From Gemmatimonadota bacterium (GTDB lineage Bacteria > Gemmatimonadota > Gemmatimonadetes > Palauibacterales > KS3-K002), in the NCBI GenBank assembly GCA_039586795.1, contig JBDHJS010000002.1:96001-160000 (forward strand): a DNA stretch of 64,000 bases. The letters are read 5' to 3'. Every line of letters starts with the position of its first letter. Within the stretch, counting starts at the first letter, position 1. A program made the translations under genes and the position numbers. The notes below the pieces were generated by a model. It had not been told where the DNA came from and ran no database searches. It saw nothing but the letters and a program-made list of their open reading frames with translations. Shown piece by piece: positions 1 to 9,170 of this stretch.

Positions 1-139
1 TCCGGAATGTGAACGCGGGGAGCCCGGGGTCAAGGTCCCGGGGCGTGTCCTTGCAGAGCCAGGTTGCTTTAGCGGCTTGGCGGTGCCATGCTGGGCCCTG
101 ACGGGAGTCCTTTAGTTCCTACCAGAGATCGCGAGCTCC

Positions 140-979
140 ATGCGGCCACGTATTCTGGAAGTCCTGCGCGACCAGGGTCTGGGGTGGCTGACCTGGATGG
201 TCCCCCAATCGAGCTTCATGTTCAGCCTGGCTCTCGCCGCGGTGCTGGGTCTGTTTCTGTGGCGGTCGAGGCAGACGTCGCTATCGATCGACATCGCGCT
301 GCGCGCCGCGGTGGCCGCGACGGTTGCCGCGCTCATCGGCACGAGACTCTTTTGGGTCCTGACCAGCGGCGCCCTCTTTCGCTTGAGCCCCATCGAGTGG
401 ATCGGTCAACACGGCACCGGTTCGTGGGGCGTCTACATCGGCGCGATGGTGGGAGCGGCGCTCTACCTGCGGTACGCGAAAGTGCCAGCGTTGCCGTACG
501 TGGACGTGATGGCATCCTGCGCGGCGCTCGGTACCGCCATCGGTCGCATCGGTTGCTTCCTCGCCGGCTGTGATTTCGGGCGGGTCACGTCGATGTACTG
601 GGGTGTGCAGTATCCGGTGGGCAGCCGCGCCTACGTGGCGCACCTCTCCGACGGCAGCTTACCGCCCGATGCAACGTTGTCGTTGCCGGTCTTTCCGCTG
701 CCGCTCTACCTGAGCATGAACGGCTTCCTGGTCTTTCTGCTGGTCAGCTTCATCTGGCGACGTGGGCGTGGCGTGCCGGGCCTGACCCTGGCGGCGTTCT
801 GGATCATCTACCCGGTCAGTCGCTTCCTGTGGGAGTTGTTGCGGGACCCCGCGGCGGGCGGCGCTGAGCGAGGGCTTTCTGTCTCGCAGTGGATGTGCCT
901 GGGTACGCTGGCGGGCGGACTGGTCTTGCTGAGCCTCGTTAGGCGTTGGGAAAGAGAAAGCCAGACGGCCGCTCTCTAA
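140..979 (+). CDS. lgt: Prolipoprotein diacylglyceryl transferase (Lgt) family protein, possibly a paralogue
   Basis: Multi-TM protein with Lgt motifs GRIGCFLAGCDFG, FPLPLY and YPVSRFLWELLRDP. Confidence 0.75.
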   Translation: MRPRILEVLRDQGLGWLTWMVPQSSFMFSLALAAVLGLFLWRSRQTSLSIDIALRAAVAATVAALIGTRLFWVLTSGALFRLSPIEWIGQHGTGSWGVYIGAMVGAALYLRYAKVPALPYVDVMASCAALGTAIGRIGCFLAGCDFGRVTSMYWGVQYPVGSRAYVAHLSDGSLPPDATLSLPVFPLPLYLSMNGFLVFLLVSFIWRRGRGVPGLTLAAFWIIYPVSRFLWELLRDPAAGGAERGLSVSQWMCLGTLAGGLVLLSLVRRWERESQTAAL

Positions 980-3573
980 GTCCCGTCTTCGGTCCGCGGG
1001 AGGAGAGCCCGGTAACGTTCCGCTTGGTCCAGCCTTCCCCATGATTCGTAGAGCGTGACCAGGCGCCGTACGGCGTCCAGCGTGTAAGAATTGTCCTCGC
1101 CTGACGATGAGCGGAGGGCGGCGTAAGCCTGGAGAAGCAGACTCTCCGCTTCTGGATACCGGCCTGCTGAGGTCAGGCAAGTGCCTTCAACGGCTTTGGC
1201 GAACGCGGTCCACGCGTGATCGGGGCCCAGAGTCTGGATGTAGCTCTCCATCCGGTCTCGCTGGAAGGGCTCTGCCGTGGCCGTGTCGCCGACAGTCATC
1301 AAGAAGTCACCAAGTGCCCCGTAGGAAGACCCTACCCGCCAGTGTCCTTCCGGCCAATGGTCTTCAGCGATGCGGATGGCTTCGAGTAGGACTTCCTCCG
1401 TCTCCGCCACTTTCCCTTGCTGATCCAGCACGGATGCCAGGTTGTTGTGGAGCAGTATCACGTTCGGTGGGGTGCTCCACTCCTGGGCATAGCTTACAGC
1501 TTCGCGATATAGCAACTCAGCTTGCTCAAATTCCTCTCTTGTCATGTGAAGGTATGCCAGATTGTTGAGTGCCGGCGCGAGAATACTGGCGCCCGAATCG
1601 CCGTGTGTGCGAAGTAGCGGTATCACCGCACGATAAAGAGCCTCCGCAGAATCCAGCTCACCTTTCCCCCGGAGCACAAAGGCCAGTTCGAGGCGAGCTT
1701 CGACGGTTCTGAAGTGATCTTCCCCCAGGTAACTGCTTCGCGTGGCGATCACCTGGTCCATAAGCACTTCTGCGGAGTCCGGGTCTCCCAATTCGCGAAG
1801 CGAAGAAGCGAGCTTCAGCTGCGCCGCAGCCATTGCCAGGGCATCATGGCCGAGGCTCGTGCGCAGCTCGATCACTTCGGAGAACAGCGGAGCAGCGTTA
1901 TGAAACCTGCGCCGCTCAAACTCGGTCTCGGCGAGCTGCTGGAGCGCGTCCGCTACGTCGGGGTGCTCAGGGCCGTGGACCGACCGCTCGACGTTCAGAA
2001 TCTCCTCACGTAGGGCCAGCTCTCTGTCGTAGAGACCGAGGTTGCGGTAGGCCTGGCTGAGCACGTCCAGCATGCGAAGGCTGATCTCCGGCTCATCTTG
2101 CAGAGTGCTGGCGATCTGTTCGGCGCCGCGGTCGAGAAGAGTGCGTACTCTGACGGTGTCGCCAACACCTGCCGTTGGGTCGGCGGTTCGGAACATGTCG
2201 ATCAGCAGTGCGGAGATCTGCTCTGTGGTCGCGGCTTCGTGAGCGATCGCTCTCGACTGTGCCGCCGTCGTGACGGCGAACCGAAGGGCGAGTCCGGCGA
2301 GGGCCACAACCAGCACCACGAATGCGGCGGCGATGCCAACCGCGATCTTGTTGCGCCGGACGAAGCGTGACGTGCGGTAGCGTAGCGTGTCTTTGCGAGC
2401 GCTGACGGGAAGGCCGCTCAGGTAGCGGTGGATGTCTTCCGCGAAGTGAGATACCGATGGATAGCGTCGCCCCGGCTCCTTTCTGAGGGCCATCAGAATG
2501 ATGGTATCGAGATCGCCCGTAAGGTCGCGACCCAGCCGGGGAACGGTCGTGTTGCGTGCGTCGGCTACTTCGGCGGGGGTGGCTCGGCTCGCTGTGCTTC
2601 CGTCGTCCGCCGGTTCCGCAGCGCGGAGCACGCGGGTGCTCGGCCGTGTTGGTTCCTCCTCACATATGGTACGCTCGGCGTCGGTCGGCGAGGTGAAGGC
2701 GGAGGCGTACGGATGGTATCCGGTGAGCAGCCTGTACAGCAGAATCCCCAGTGAGTAGACATCGCTCGCCGTCGAGATCGACTCTCCTCGAACCTGCTCC
2801 GGGCTCGCGTAGGCGAGGGTCATGGGGCGAGCGTGTTGAGTGAAGGTCGTGCCCTCCTTCGCCTTCTCCCGGTCGATCATGCGGGCAATTCCGAAGTCGA
2901 GTAGCCTGATCTCGCCCGAGTCTGTCACCAGGATGTTGCCTGGCTTGAGGTCACGATGCACGACGAGGTTGCGATGTGCGTGCTGGACCGCTTCGCACAC
3001 GCTCAGGAAGATCTTCAGCCGCTCGGCGACGGTCAGGCGATGTTCGTCGCAGTAGACGTCGATGGGCGTGCCCTCGACATAGTCCATGACGTAGTACGGC
3101 GTGCCGTCCTCCGTCACACCACCGTCCAGCAGCCGGGCGATGCCCGGGTGTTCCAGTCGGGCCAAGATCTGTCGCTCGAGCAGGAAGCGATGTCGCGACT
3201 CCTCGGAGTCCATTCCGAGTGGTAGGAGCTTCAGCGCGACCTGTTTCTCGAACTGTTCGTCATCGCGCTCGGCGAGATAGACGGCGCCCATGCCGCCGCG
3301 CCCTATGAGGGCGATGAGTCGGTAGTTGCCGACACGGCGTCCGACCAGGTTCTCGTCATCATCGTCGTTCACAGCGGGAATGCCGGCGCGATCGGCCAGC
3401 TCGGAGAAGTAATCGCCGGCGGAGTCGGCAGAATCCAGGAGGGAAAGGACTTCGCGTTCTAGCTCGGCGTCCCCGCCACAGGCGTCGGCTACGAAACGGG
3501 CGCGCTCAACCGGCGGCCGCTCGAGCGCGTCGGCGAAGATCTGCTCCACTTGCTGCCAGCGTTCGGACTTCAT
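976..3573 (-). CDS. Hanks-type Ser/Thr protein kinase with TM helix and C-terminal TPR repeats
   Basis: IGRGGMGAVY, VALK, HRDLKPGN, DFG and YASPEQ motifs; hydrophobic helix; TPR-like repeats (ALNNLAYL, HNNLASVL). Confidence 0.93.
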   Translation of the reverse strand: MKSERWQQVEQIFADALERPPVERARFVADACGGDAELEREVLSLLDSADSAGDYFSELADRAGIPAVNDDDDENLVGRRVGNYRLIALIGRGGMGAVYLAERDDEQFEKQVALKLLPLGMDSEESRHRFLLERQILARLEHPGIARLLDGGVTEDGTPYYVMDYVEGTPIDVYCDEHRLTVAERLKIFLSVCEAVQHAHRNLVVHRDLKPGNILVTDSGEIRLLDFGIARMIDREKAKEGTTFTQHARPMTLAYASPEQVRGESISTASDVYSLGILLYRLLTGYHPYASAFTSPTDAERTICEEEPTRPSTRVLRAAEPADDGSTASRATPAEVADARNTTVPRLGRDLTGDLDTIILMALRKEPGRRYPSVSHFAEDIHRYLSGLPVSARKDTLRYRTSRFVRRNKIAVGIAAAFVVLVVALAGLALRFAVTTAAQSRAIAHEAATTEQISALLIDMFRTADPTAGVGDTVRVRTLLDRGAEQIASTLQDEPEISLRMLDVLSQAYRNLGLYDRELALREEILNVERSVHGPEHPDVADALQQLAETEFERRRFHNAAPLFSEVIELRTSLGHDALAMAAAQLKLASSLRELGDPDSAEVLMDQVIATRSSYLGEDHFRTVEARLELAFVLRGKGELDSAEALYRAVIPLLRTHGDSGASILAPALNNLAYLHMTREEFEQAELLYREAVSYAQEWSTPPNVILLHNNLASVLDQQGKVAETEEVLLEAIRIAEDHWPEGHWRVGSSYGALGDFLMTVGDTATAEPFQRDRMESYIQTLGPDHAWTAFAKAVEGTCLTSAGRYPEAESLLLQAYAALRSSSGEDNSYTLDAVRRLVTLYESWGRLDQAERYRALLPRTEDGT

Positions 3574-3581
3574 GTCGAGAC

Positions 3582-4151
3582 CTACGTCAGGTTCGTTTTG
3601 ATCTCACGGTGCAGCCAGGCGCTCGCTAGCGCCCAGTCACGTTTCACGGTCGCCGGTGAGATGTTCAGGGCTTCGGCCGTCTCTTCGATGGCAAGGCCGG
3701 CGTAGAACCGGGCTTCCACCACCCGGGCCTGTCGCTCACTCTTCTCTGCCAACCGATCGAGTGCTTCGTGAAGTGCCAGGACCTCCTCGGCCACCTCCTC
3801 GCTTACCGGATTGTGATCGTCTAGCGGAACGTGCTTCGCGCCACCACCCCGTTTGGCGGCTCGCCTTTGCTCTGCGTAGTTGACCAACACGTGCCGCATC
3901 GCCCGCGCGGCTACGGCCAGGAAGTGCGCCCGATCGTTCCAGTCGGCGCTGCTCTGGTCCACGAGTTTCAGATAGGCCTCGTGCACCAGGGCGGTCGTAT
4001 CCAGCGTGTCGTCGCCGCTCCAGCGGCCGCGTTGGATGCGAGCGCGGTTGCGAAGCTCCTCGTAGACGAGCTCGAAGACCTCGTCCAGAGCCTCGCGGTC
4101 GCCCTGGCCGGCGGCGCGGAGCCGCGCCGTGATCTCATCTGGCGGGAGCAT
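3582..4151 (-). CDS. ECF RNA polymerase sigma factor, kinase-associated type (TIGR02999-like)
   Basis: LVYEELR, TLDTTALVHEAYLKL, RAHFLAVAARAMR, ATVKRDW; lies 8 bp upstream of the kinase. Confidence 0.9.
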   Translation of the reverse strand: MLPPDEITARLRAAGQGDREALDEVFELVYEELRNRARIQRGRWSGDDTLDTTALVHEAYLKLVDQSSADWNDRAHFLAVAARAMRHVLVNYAEQRRAAKRGGGAKHVPLDDHNPVSEEVAEEVLALHEALDRLAEKSERQARVVEARFYAGLAIEETAEALNISPATVKRDWALASAWLHREIKTNLT

Positions 4152-4557
4152 TCGTCCTGTCGGAGTCGACGCTCCCTATTTGGGTAAACAGGGAACGGGG
4201 TGAGAAACGGCTCACCGTGTTGCGATAAGCTCGTAAGACGTGATCGTGCAGCGAAATGCGGTACGTGACTGCTGCCACGGCAATCTCCAGAGCAGAGGAC
4301 TCCTCAAAAGCCGCCGCACCAGCTAATCGCACACATCGGTCAACATGAAGAAGGAGAGACGGGCCGGCAACCTTCCTGGGGCGGGTCGGGGCCCAAGCTC
4401 GATGAGCCGATTTGGGTCCGTTTTCCTGTTACAGGGATGGCCACCGAAAAACGGATCGACTTCGGGGCTCGGCGGGCCGTGATCCTCGGTGGATCCGGGG
4501 TCGGAGAAAGAGTTTCCGGAGTCGATCCACAAAGTCCTGGACTCGGAGGTGAAAACC

Positions 4558-5379
4558 ATGTGGAAAAGACAAGCGCCTCTCTATCTGGTGCTCCTCGCCC
4601 TCGTTCTGTCGCCGTTCTTGCTCGGCGCGGGTTGTGGCGATTCCGATCCGACGGGCCTAGACGGCGACGGCGATGGCGACGGACCCCCACCCCCCACGGC
4701 GGGGATCACGTTCGCTGAGCAAGTCGCCTGCGCCGCGGAGTGCATGGAGGACTACGGTACAGTGCTCGACGTGTTGATCCACGTACTGAAGAAAGTCGAC
4801 GAGCCGCTCTCACATAGCCTGCCGCCCGGCATCTGGCTCGACACAGCGCTTCTGGAGTTCGGTTCTGATCTCCACCTGGATACCAGTCCCGGTATCGATG
4901 GCATTCTTGAGGGCAGGGTCAGGGAGCCGCCGGCCAACCCCGGAGCCTGCAAGGACGGAATGCAGCAGCACGACGTCTGCATTTTCGAATGGGATATGAC
5001 CGTGCCTCTCACACCTGACGATACGATCGCCAAAGGCACCTACAGTGCGGTCGATATGGGGATCACCGGACCGCCGCTCAACAGCACGGCGACGCGTTAT
5101 GTGATCGTCGACCGCAACACGGAGCTGTTCGCGTCAGACGATTGCTATGTGGAGATCACCGGGTTCGACATGTACTGGCACCTCCCGTTGGATGACAACT
5201 ACTCGTTCATGCTCAATTTCACGGTCCACTACTCGGAGGGCACTGACACGTCGACACTCAACGGATCGGTGATCGGCAGCGGTGACCCCAATGTGACTTT
5301 GACCTTTACCTCCGGCACGCAGACATACGACTGCACGTTCAATCTCGACACGTACGCGCTGTCATGCCCCAGCTCGTAG
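4558..5379 (+). CDS. Hypothetical lipoprotein
   Basis: GGAGGT RBS at 4545-4550 before ATG 4558; signal peptide ending GAGC followed by a D/G/P-rich linker. Confidence 0.7.
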   Translation: MWKRQAPLYLVLLALVLSPFLLGAGCGDSDPTGLDGDGDGDGPPPPTAGITFAEQVACAAECMEDYGTVLDVLIHVLKKVDEPLSHSLPPGIWLDTALLEFGSDLHLDTSPGIDGILEGRVREPPANPGACKDGMQQHDVCIFEWDMTVPLTPDDTIAKGTYSAVDMGITGPPLNSTATRYVIVDRNTELFASDDCYVEITGFDMYWHLPLDDNYSFMLNFTVHYSEGTDTSTLNGSVIGSGDPNVTLTFTSGTQTYDCTFNLDTYALSCPSS

Positions 5380-5411
5380 TCGCGCGCTGACAGACTCAGC
5401 CTGGACCCCAC

Positions 5412-5451
5412 CGGGATGCGGGTTGCGCGCGCCCGCATCCCGCCCTCTTTT
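5412..5451 (+). terminator. Hairpin, probable intrinsic terminator
   Basis: 11-bp stem CGGGATGCGGG/CCCGCATCCCG followed by CCCTCTTTT. Confidence 0.5.
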
Positions 5452-5457
5452 CGGTGC

Positions 5458-5985
5458 ATGAGCAAGAACAAATTCCCGCTGCTGGTCGGCGACTCGCCGC
5501 TGGAGAAGGTCCATCCGGTCTCCTACTCGCAACAGACGATGACGTACCTGGCGGCGCCCAACGATGCCAACCTGCGAGGCAGCCTGTTCGGCGGCGTGGT
5601 GCTGGCGCTGGTGGATAAGATCGCCTACGTGACGGCGACGCGGCACGCCGACTGCCCCACCGTGACCGCGTCATTCGATCAGGTCGACTTTCGCTCTCCC
5701 ATCGATATCGGTGAGATCGTAACGCTGCACGCTTCGGTGAACTTCGCGGGGAAGACGTCGATGGAGATTGGCGTTCGCGTGATGGCGGAATCGGTGACTG
5801 GCGGCGAGCCGCGGCACACCAACTCGTGCTACGTGACTATGGTTGCGCTGGACGAGAACGGTAGGCCGCAGGTCGTGCCGAAGTTGGCGATTGAGAATGA
5901 AGTCCAGCTCCGACGCTTCGAGGATGCTGTTAAGCGTCGGGAGGCGCGGTTGCATCTTGCGGCTGAGAGGAAGAGTAGGCGGTAG
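5458..5985 (+). CDS. Acyl-CoA thioesterase (hotdog fold, YciA-like)
   Basis: PNDANLRGSLFGG, VTASFDQVDF, GKTSMEIGVRV, YVTMVALDENGRP. Confidence 0.9.
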   Translation: MSKNKFPLLVGDSPLEKVHPVSYSQQTMTYLAAPNDANLRGSLFGGVVLALVDKIAYVTATRHADCPTVTASFDQVDFRSPIDIGEIVTLHASVNFAGKTSMEIGVRVMAESVTGGEPRHTNSCYVTMVALDENGRPQVVPKLAIENEVQLRRFEDAVKRREARLHLAAERKSRR

Positions 5986-6116
5986 GGAGACAGTAAGCGG
6001 TAGACGGTTGACGGTGGACAGTAGACGGTAGCATCAAGAAAGCGGTGAGGGGCTTATCGCCACTCACCGCTCGGCATTCTCGGTTACCGTCTACCGTCTA
6101 CCGTCTACTTTCTACC
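5974..6116. repeat. Inverted heptamer tandem-repeat element (RGTAGAC)n ... (GTCTACY)n with central hairpin
   Basis: About 7 degenerate RGTAGAC units at 5974-6031, hairpin AGCGGTGAG/CTCACCGCT at 6041-6071, about 5 GTCTACY units at 6083-6116. Confidence 0.85.
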
Positions 6117-6683
6117 CACGACCTCCGTCTCCGGCTCACCCTTCAACGCCCGCAACACCTCCGGTCCGTAGAACATACCAATGTACTTCGCCTGGATCGG
6201 CGTGACCCGTCGCACGGCCCAAACCAGTTCCACGTGGTTCGGCTCCAGAGCCAGGTTGAGGGGCCGCATGCCCGCCTCTTCCGGAGTCTGGTTCCCCTTC
6301 CGGTGATTACAGCGTGTGCACGCGGTGATCACGTTGTCCCAGGTGTTTTTGCCGCCGCGACAGATCGGCATCAGGTGATCCCGGGTGAGGAACTCGCGAT
6401 GGCCCAGCTCGCGGCGGTGGCGTCCGCAGTACTGGCACGTATAACTGTCGCGAGCGAACAGGAACGTGTTGGTCACATGTCGGCGGAAGCGGCGCGGCAC
6501 GTGGACGAAGCTGACCAGACGGATGACGACGGGCGCGGGGTATACGAAGTTCTCCGACCGGAACGGGCGTGCCTCATCGACCTCGAGGGCCTCGGCCTTC
6601 CGGTCGATGATCAGCCGCAGCGCCCGGCGCACGGGCACGATCGTGAGTGGCTCGTAGGACGCGTTGAGCGTCAAACACCCCAT
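6105..6683 (-). CDS. HNH endonuclease (McrA/HNH_5-like)
   Basis: LNASYEPL, RDSYTCQYCG, TRDHLMP, WDNVITACTRCNHRKG. Confidence 0.9.
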   Translation of the reverse strand: MGCLTLNASYEPLTIVPVRRALRLIIDRKAEALEVDEARPFRSENFVYPAPVVIRLVSFVHVPRRFRRHVTNTFLFARDSYTCQYCGRHRRELGHREFLTRDHLMPICRGGKNTWDNVITACTRCNHRKGNQTPEEAGMRPLNLALEPNHVELVWAVRRVTPIQAKYIGMFYGPEVLRALKGEPETEVVGRK

Positions 6684-6881
6684 CTGGTAGCTCTCCTCGC
6701 TAGTATGGTGCCAGAGAGACGCTCTGATTCTCTACTGGCGGGGAGCAAAAGTCAAGAAACGAGCGGGTAAACGGCCCGGCAGAGAAAAAACCGTGACATC
6801 CCGGGCGAAAAACGGCGCCCGTTAACAATAAAACACTTGTTTCCGCGAAATGTGCCATGCCGCGTCGAGCGGCTCGGCGGC

Positions 6882-9170
6882 CTACAGAAGGCTCGTCGGG
6901 TCTCGGTCGACCTCGACGCGAAGGCCGCTGGTTGGAGGCTCGAAGCGGGCGGCAAAGTAGCGCAAGACTTTTCCGAGAGCCTCGGGGTTGGGCGATTTGA
7001 GGAGCAGGTGCCAGCGCCAGCGGCCGCGAATCCGGTCGATGGGGCAGGGGGCGGGACCGACGAGGGCGATATCGCTCAGACTTCGTGCCGCGAAGAGCCC
7101 CTCCAGCCAGGCCGAGGCGGCGTCGGCAGCCTCCTGTACCCGTCTTTCGACCGTGCCCGAAATGACCACGTTTGCCAGTCGAGTCTTCGGAGGATAGCTA
7201 GGCGCCTCCCGCTCCTCGAGCTCTCGGGCGGCGAAGCCTTCATAGTCGTGATCCAGGGCGTAGCGGACGGCGTAATGGCCCGGCAGTGAGGTCTGGATGA
7301 TCACCTCGCCGCCAGCCGGTCCGCGGCCGGCTCGTCCTGCGACCTGCGTCAGGAGTTGAAAGGTCCTTTCGGTGGCGCGGAAGTCGGGGAGGCTGAGGCC
7401 CACGTCGGCGTTGATCACGCCGACCAAAGTCACATTCGGGAAGTCGAGGCCCTTGGCGATCATCTGCGTGCCCAGCAGCACGTCGACGTCCCCGCGTCCG
7501 ACTCGGCCGAGGATGTCATGGTGCGACCATTTGCCGCTGGTCGTATCCACATCCATGCGAGCCAGTCGGGCCTCGGGGTAGATCTCACCCAGCACGCGCT
7601 CGACCTGTTCGGTTCCTACCCCTCTGTGGCTCAAGTTCACGGATCCGCACTCGTCGCACGCTTCGGGCACCGGCTCCTGGTGATTGCAGTGGTGGCAGAC
7701 CAGCCGCTGCGGGCGTCGGTGTTCGGTCAGCGACACGTTGCACTGTCGGCAGGCCCGGACGTCGCCACAGTCCCTGCACTGAACGAATGTGGAATAGCCC
7801 CGCCGATTGAGCAGTAGAATGGCCTGCTGGCCGTGCGCGAGCCGGTCTCCCAGAGCGTCGCGAAGCGCATCAGAGAAGACCAGCGGGCCCGCGCCACCTC
7901 CGTTGCCGGCAGTGGCGCGGGCCGTGCGCTCCTCGCGCAGATCGACGACGCGGACCTCGGGCAGGCCGACGCCGATCCGCTCCGGTAGCTCCAGGAGCTC
8001 CCAGTTCCCCGAGCGGGCGTTGTCCCAGGTTTCCAGGGCCGGCGTGGCGGACCCAAGCAAACAGATGGCGCCGGCGTCACGGCAGCGGACGACGGCGACT
8101 TCCCGGGCGTGGTAGCGCGGCGAGGGATCGCTCTGCTTGTAAGAGCCCTCGTGCTCCTCGTCGATGATGATCGCGCCGAGATCGCGCACGGGAGCGAAGA
8201 CGGCGGAGCGAGCGCCGATGACGATCCGTTTTTCTCCGGCGCGCAGAGATCTCCAGGCCGCGTAGCGCTCTCCCTCGCTCAGGGCGGAGTGGAGCAGCGC
8301 CACGTCGTCACCGAAGGCGGCCCGGAAGCGGCTGAGCGTCTGTGGTGTGAGGGAGATTTCGGGCACCAGCAGGATGGCGCCTTTGCCGCGGCGCGTCACC
8401 AGCTCGCGTAGAAGCTCGATGTAGACGAGGGTCTTGCCCGATCCGGTGACGCCCTTGAGCACGAAGGTGCGTGCCGGTCCGGCGGCGGCCGATTCGATCA
8501 GACGTTCGATAACCGCCGCCTGCGCCGCGGTGGGTGTGTGCTTCGGTTCCTGGTCGACGGGAAGCCCTGCGAACGGATCGCCCCGCGCCTCCTCACGGAC
8601 CCCGGCGACGCCCTTCTGAACCAGGCCATGTACGACTGACCGGCTGATGCCGAGTTGCTCGACGAGGTGCGTGACCTCCGCCTGACCGCCAACGGTTTCC
8701 AGATATTCGAACAACTCTCGCTGCCGGCGCGCCCGGCCGAACACGGTATCGCGCTCTTGCAGGCTCGGTAATTCGTTTGAGATCTGAACGACCTGGCGAG
8801 TCTGCTGCGGCGGTGTGGTGTCGGGTGCCGTGCCCTCTGGCGATTCTGCTGAGAGCGAAGCCGGGAGTGCGGCGCGGTAGACCAATCCGAGTGGCGCCGC
8901 GTAGTAGCTGGCGACCCAGCGACAGAGTCCCATGAAGTGCGGGTCGAGGACCGGCTCGGGGTCCGGGACATGGAGAATGTCGCGGACGCCCGGGGGCAGT
9001 TCATCTGGCTTGGTGCAGACTTCGTCGACCCAACCGATGAGGCGGCGACGGCGGAACGGCACGACGACGCGGCGGCCCGGCTCGATGTCGCGGATCAGCT
9101 CATCGGGTATCCGATAGAGGAAGGTCTGGTAGAGCGGTCGTGGGACCGCGATGCGGGCATACGAGCTCAC
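6882..9170 (-). CDS. priA: Primosomal protein N' (replication restart helicase)
   Basis: GVTGSGKT, LVPEISLTPQ, DEEH, NRRGY, Cys-rich zinc region, GTQMIAKGLDFP, QVAGRAGR. Confidence 0.97.
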   Translation of the reverse strand: MSSYARIAVPRPLYQTFLYRIPDELIRDIEPGRRVVVPFRRRRLIGWVDEVCTKPDELPPGVRDILHVPDPEPVLDPHFMGLCRWVASYYAAPLGLVYRAALPASLSAESPEGTAPDTTPPQQTRQVVQISNELPSLQERDTVFGRARRQRELFEYLETVGGQAEVTHLVEQLGISRSVVHGLVQKGVAGVREEARGDPFAGLPVDQEPKHTPTAAQAAVIERLIESAAAGPARTFVLKGVTGSGKTLVYIELLRELVTRRGKGAILLVPEISLTPQTLSRFRAAFGDDVALLHSALSEGERYAAWRSLRAGEKRIVIGARSAVFAPVRDLGAIIIDEEHEGSYKQSDPSPRYHAREVAVVRCRDAGAICLLGSATPALETWDNARSGNWELLELPERIGVGLPEVRVVDLREERTARATAGNGGGAGPLVFSDALRDALGDRLAHGQQAILLLNRRGYSTFVQCRDCGDVRACRQCNVSLTEHRRPQRLVCHHCNHQEPVPEACDECGSVNLSHRGVGTEQVERVLGEIYPEARLARMDVDTTSGKWSHHDILGRVGRGDVDVLLGTQMIAKGLDFPNVTLVGVINADVGLSLPDFRATERTFQLLTQVAGRAGRGPAGGEVIIQTSLPGHYAVRYALDHDYEGFAARELEEREAPSYPPKTRLANVVISGTVERRVQEAADAASAWLEGLFAARSLSDIALVGPAPCPIDRIRGRWRWHLLLKSPNPEALGKVLRYFAARFEPPTSGLRVEVDRDPTSLL

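Noticed and set aside
1..139. 3' end of an upstream CDS
   Set aside because: Two frames are open from the window edge but neither gives a recognisable protein.
5974..6116. Repeats as a CRISPR array (also the other repeat elements)
   Set aside because: Units are 6-8 nt and contiguous with no unique spacers, and no cas genes are present.
6105..6683. HNH gene as a mobile homing endonuclease or Cas9/IscB fragment
   Set aside because: It is a short stand-alone type with the common LNASYEPL N-terminus; no RuvC motifs, intron or transposon ends are visible.
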